Source of the DNA: Acidobacteriota bacterium
Lineage (GTDB): Bacteria; Acidobacteriota; Terriglobia; Terriglobales; Acidobacteriaceae
Length of the DNA stretch: 64,000 nt
Reading direction: 5' to 3'
Assembly: GCA_021810625.1 (NCBI GenBank)
Contig: JAJZIJ010000004.1
Location: 9,569 to 73,568 of the forward strand
Below the pieces are notes generated by a model that searched no databases, was not told the origin of the DNA, and was given only the letters and a program-made list of their open reading frames with translations. Positions within the stretch are counted from its first letter, which is position 1; every line of letters starts with the position of its first letter. This document shows positions 62,088-64,000 of the stretch, in pieces. The translations under genes and the position numbers were made by a program.

Positions 62088-63017
62088 TTATGGCGTAGAA
62101 AATTTCTTCCACTGGCGCGCCCGCCACAGCGCTCCCATCGCCGCATCCACGGGTTCGAGGTGGAGGGTGACTTCAGGGAAGGTGTGTCGCACGGTTGCCA
62201 CGAACGTATTCCGCACCTGTGGAATTTTTCCGAGCACGCTTCCTGTAAAAGCCAGTTGCAGTGGTATCTCCGCCGGGGCAGCAGAAGCGCGCACTTTCTC
62301 CAGCGCATGGGCGGCGATTTCGCCCAGTTTCCTTCCAGCTTTTTCCAGCACGGCAAGCGCAACCGCGTCCCCGGCGTTCGCGCACTCGGCGACGACGGGA
62401 GCCAATTGCGAAAAATCCGGGCCAGGCACGAGATTTCCCCTATCGATCAACTCCGCGTGTGTGGATATCCGCCACTGATGGAGAATGGCAGGCAGCAGTC
62501 GCGTGTCGATATTGTGATCGTTGGCGTACAGCACCGCACGCACGGCTTCTATCCCAATCCAATATCCCGAGCCTTCGTCGGACAGCATTGGCCCCCATCC
62601 TCCAAAATGAAAGATTGCGCCATTCTGCGCGCGTCCCACGACAATGGAACCCGTTCCGGCAACTACCAGCACTCCTGGCTCGCCGAAAAATGCTCCATCC
62701 AACGCGATCTCCTCATCGCCACAGATCAGGATTTTTCCGTTGAGTTGCGCCTGAAGCGCATTGCGCGTCCATTGCTCCACACGCGGCACGATAACGCCAG
62801 CCATCCCGACGCAGGCGCAAACAATATCGCCCATGCGCGCGCCAGATTGCTGCGAAATATCGCGCAGCAGAGCGGCAAGATTCGCCGCAGCCTCCGCCTC
62901 GCTTACGCGCATCACTTTGATGGAGCCAGCCGTGGCTCTGGCCAGGACGGTATGCTCATCTGCGATGATTCCGGTTGTTTTTGTTCCGCCTGCGTCAATA
63001 CCGAGGTAATAGCTCAT
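62088..63017 (-). CDS. BadF/BadG/BcrA/BcrD-type ATPase, N-acetylglucosamine kinase-like
   Basis: YYLGIDAGGTKT phosphate-1 motif and VVAGTGS. Start at MSYYLG. Convergent with and abutting nagA. Confidence 0.85.
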   Translation of the reverse strand: MSYYLGIDAGGTKTTGIIADEHTVLARATAGSIKVMRVSEAEAAANLAALLRDISQQSGARMGDIVCACVGMAGVIVPRVEQWTRNALQAQLNGKILICGDEEIALDGAFFGEPGVLVVAGTGSIVVGRAQNGAIFHFGGWGPMLSDEGSGYWIGIEAVRAVLYANDHNIDTRLLPAILHQWRISTHAELIDRGNLVPGPDFSQLAPVVAECANAGDAVALAVLEKAGRKLGEIAAHALEKVRASAAPAEIPLQLAFTGSVLGKIPQVRNTFVATVRHTFPEVTLHLEPVDAAMGALWRARQWKKFSTP

Positions 63018-63213
63018 AAAAAATAGGCAATCCAAAATAGGAATAGGCAATGCATGAGGGGCTTGCCGCGTAGGCTTTCCCTGACCATACGATTCAAGGG
63101 TTCTTTCGGGTACGGCGTTACAGGTGGTGTCTCACCGAATATACTGCATTTGGATCGCTCCAACTATATGTACCGCTTTCTTTGGATTGATTTTATCTGC
63201 CGAGGTGTTTTGC

Positions 63214-64000
63214 ATGTTGCTTTCCATATATCGGCGTTATGCCATTTGCCTGCTTTGCGTTCTGCTGCTTTTTTCCCAGAGATTATTTTCGCAGGCCGCA
63301 ACACAGGCCGCAACGACCCCCATTCATCAAGAAGAGAGCCAACTGCCGCTGGTTCCAATGCCAAGGGAGATTCAGGCGCTTGGAACCTTGCCATTGCGAG
63401 AGGGGATCGCGATCCGGTCTTCGCGCAATGCGGAGGATGAATTTGCCGCGCGAACTTTGGCGGATGCGTTCCGTCAGCGCGGAGTCGTCTGTCGCGTGCA
63501 GGGCACAGCAAAGGTGTCCATCGTGTTGCTTCGGCTGAACACAAAAATGGCTTCGGTCATTCTTGCGCGTCGGCATCTTAAATTTGCGTCGGAGATGCGA
63601 GACGAAGGATATATTCTCGTCGGCGAAGGGAGGACGCTCTACGACATTGCCGCCACCTCTGCTGGAATCTTTTATGGCGCGCAGACCATTCGACAATTAC
63701 TCGCGGAGCGGGGTGGACAGCCTGCGCTACAAAAAGTGATCGTTCGGGATTGGCCGGCGATGAAGTATCGCGGACTGGATGATGATCTTTCGCGTGGCCC
63801 CATGCCAACGTTGGAGTATCAAAAAAAACAGATTCGGACGCTGGCGGCGTACAAGGTAAATCTCTATTCGCCTTACTTTGAGAACACGCTGCAATACGCC
63901 TCCAACCCGCTGCCAGCGCCGCCCGGAGGCGCGATGACCCGCGCCGATGTTGCGGAGCTTGTCCGGTACGCGCAGCAATATCACATCACCATCATTCCAG
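63214..64000 (+). CDS. GH20 beta-N-acetylhexosaminidase (partial, runs off the window end)
   Basis: My translation: signal peptide MLLSIYRRYAICLLCVLLLFS, then VRDWPAMKYRGLDDDLSRGPMPTLEYQKKQIRTLAAYKVNLYSPYFE...VRYAQQYHITIIP, typical of the GH20 catalytic domain start. No stop before 64000. Confidence 0.8.
   Translation, partial: MLLSIYRRYAICLLCVLLLFSQRLFSQAATQAATTPIHQEESQLPLVPMPREIQALGTLPLREGIAIRSSRNAEDEFAARTLADAFRQRGVVCRVQGTAKVSIVLLRLNTKMASVILARRHLKFASEMRDEGYILVGEGRTLYDIAATSAGIFYGAQTIRQLLAERGGQPALQKVIVRDWPAMKYRGLDDDLSRGPMPTLEYQKKQIRTLAAYKVNLYSPYFENTLQYASNPLPAPPGGAMTRADVAELVRYAQQYHITIIP

Noticed and set aside
1-64000. tRNA, rRNA or other canonical RNA genes
   Set aside because: I scanned intergenic gaps by eye for T-loop (GGTTCGAATCC-like) and anticodon-arm patterns and for rRNA-like stretches, and found none. 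All sizeable gaps are explained by REP-like palindromes. tRNAscan-SE or Infernal would be the decisive check.

Overview
High-GC bacterial chromosomal segment. Single 60-nt lines I counted by hand gave about 68% GC in dnaE and 38-43% in the islands below. Gene content and intergenic repeat style remind me of Acidobacteriota, but that is inference only. I support about 60 protein genes. Core housekeeping includes greA, ruvX, mltG, two CDP-alcohol phosphatidyltransferases including pgsA, pyrF, rlpA, thiD, lysA, htrA, truA, tolC-like, dnaE, accA, uvrD/pcrA and a LOG-family gene. There is an arsenic cluster (arsR-acr3-arsC divergent from arsM), GlcNAc catabolism genes (nagA, a BadF-type kinase, a partial GH20), an intact vapBC and a decayed higBA. 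I recognised no rRNA, tRNA, CRISPR array, integrase or transposase. Main points: (1) The ypdA-pyrF interval (9.35-15.93 kb) holds three unrelated cargo modules: a Kelch lipoprotein, a GH42 enzyme, and a low-GC exonuclease/HTH gene pair. They are separated by duplicated fragments of the flanking genes, including an in-frame ypdA::pyrF chimeric scar. (2) The best candidate for an undescribed system is the divergent pair at 13.9-15.6 kb, a DEDD-type 3'-5' exonuclease with a C-terminal 4-Cys zinc ribbon plus a 313-aa HTH-like helical protein. (3) Three further AT-richer islands are each bracketed by copies of the same palindromic REP-like element. They carry a split PIN-like protein (38.2-39.1 kb), three small genes (42.3-43.9 kb) and a coiled-coil/glycine-zipper protein (51.2-52.1 kb). 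(4) Several REP/MITE-like palindromic families fill the intergenic regions. All functional calls rest on motif recognition by eye; no database search was run.
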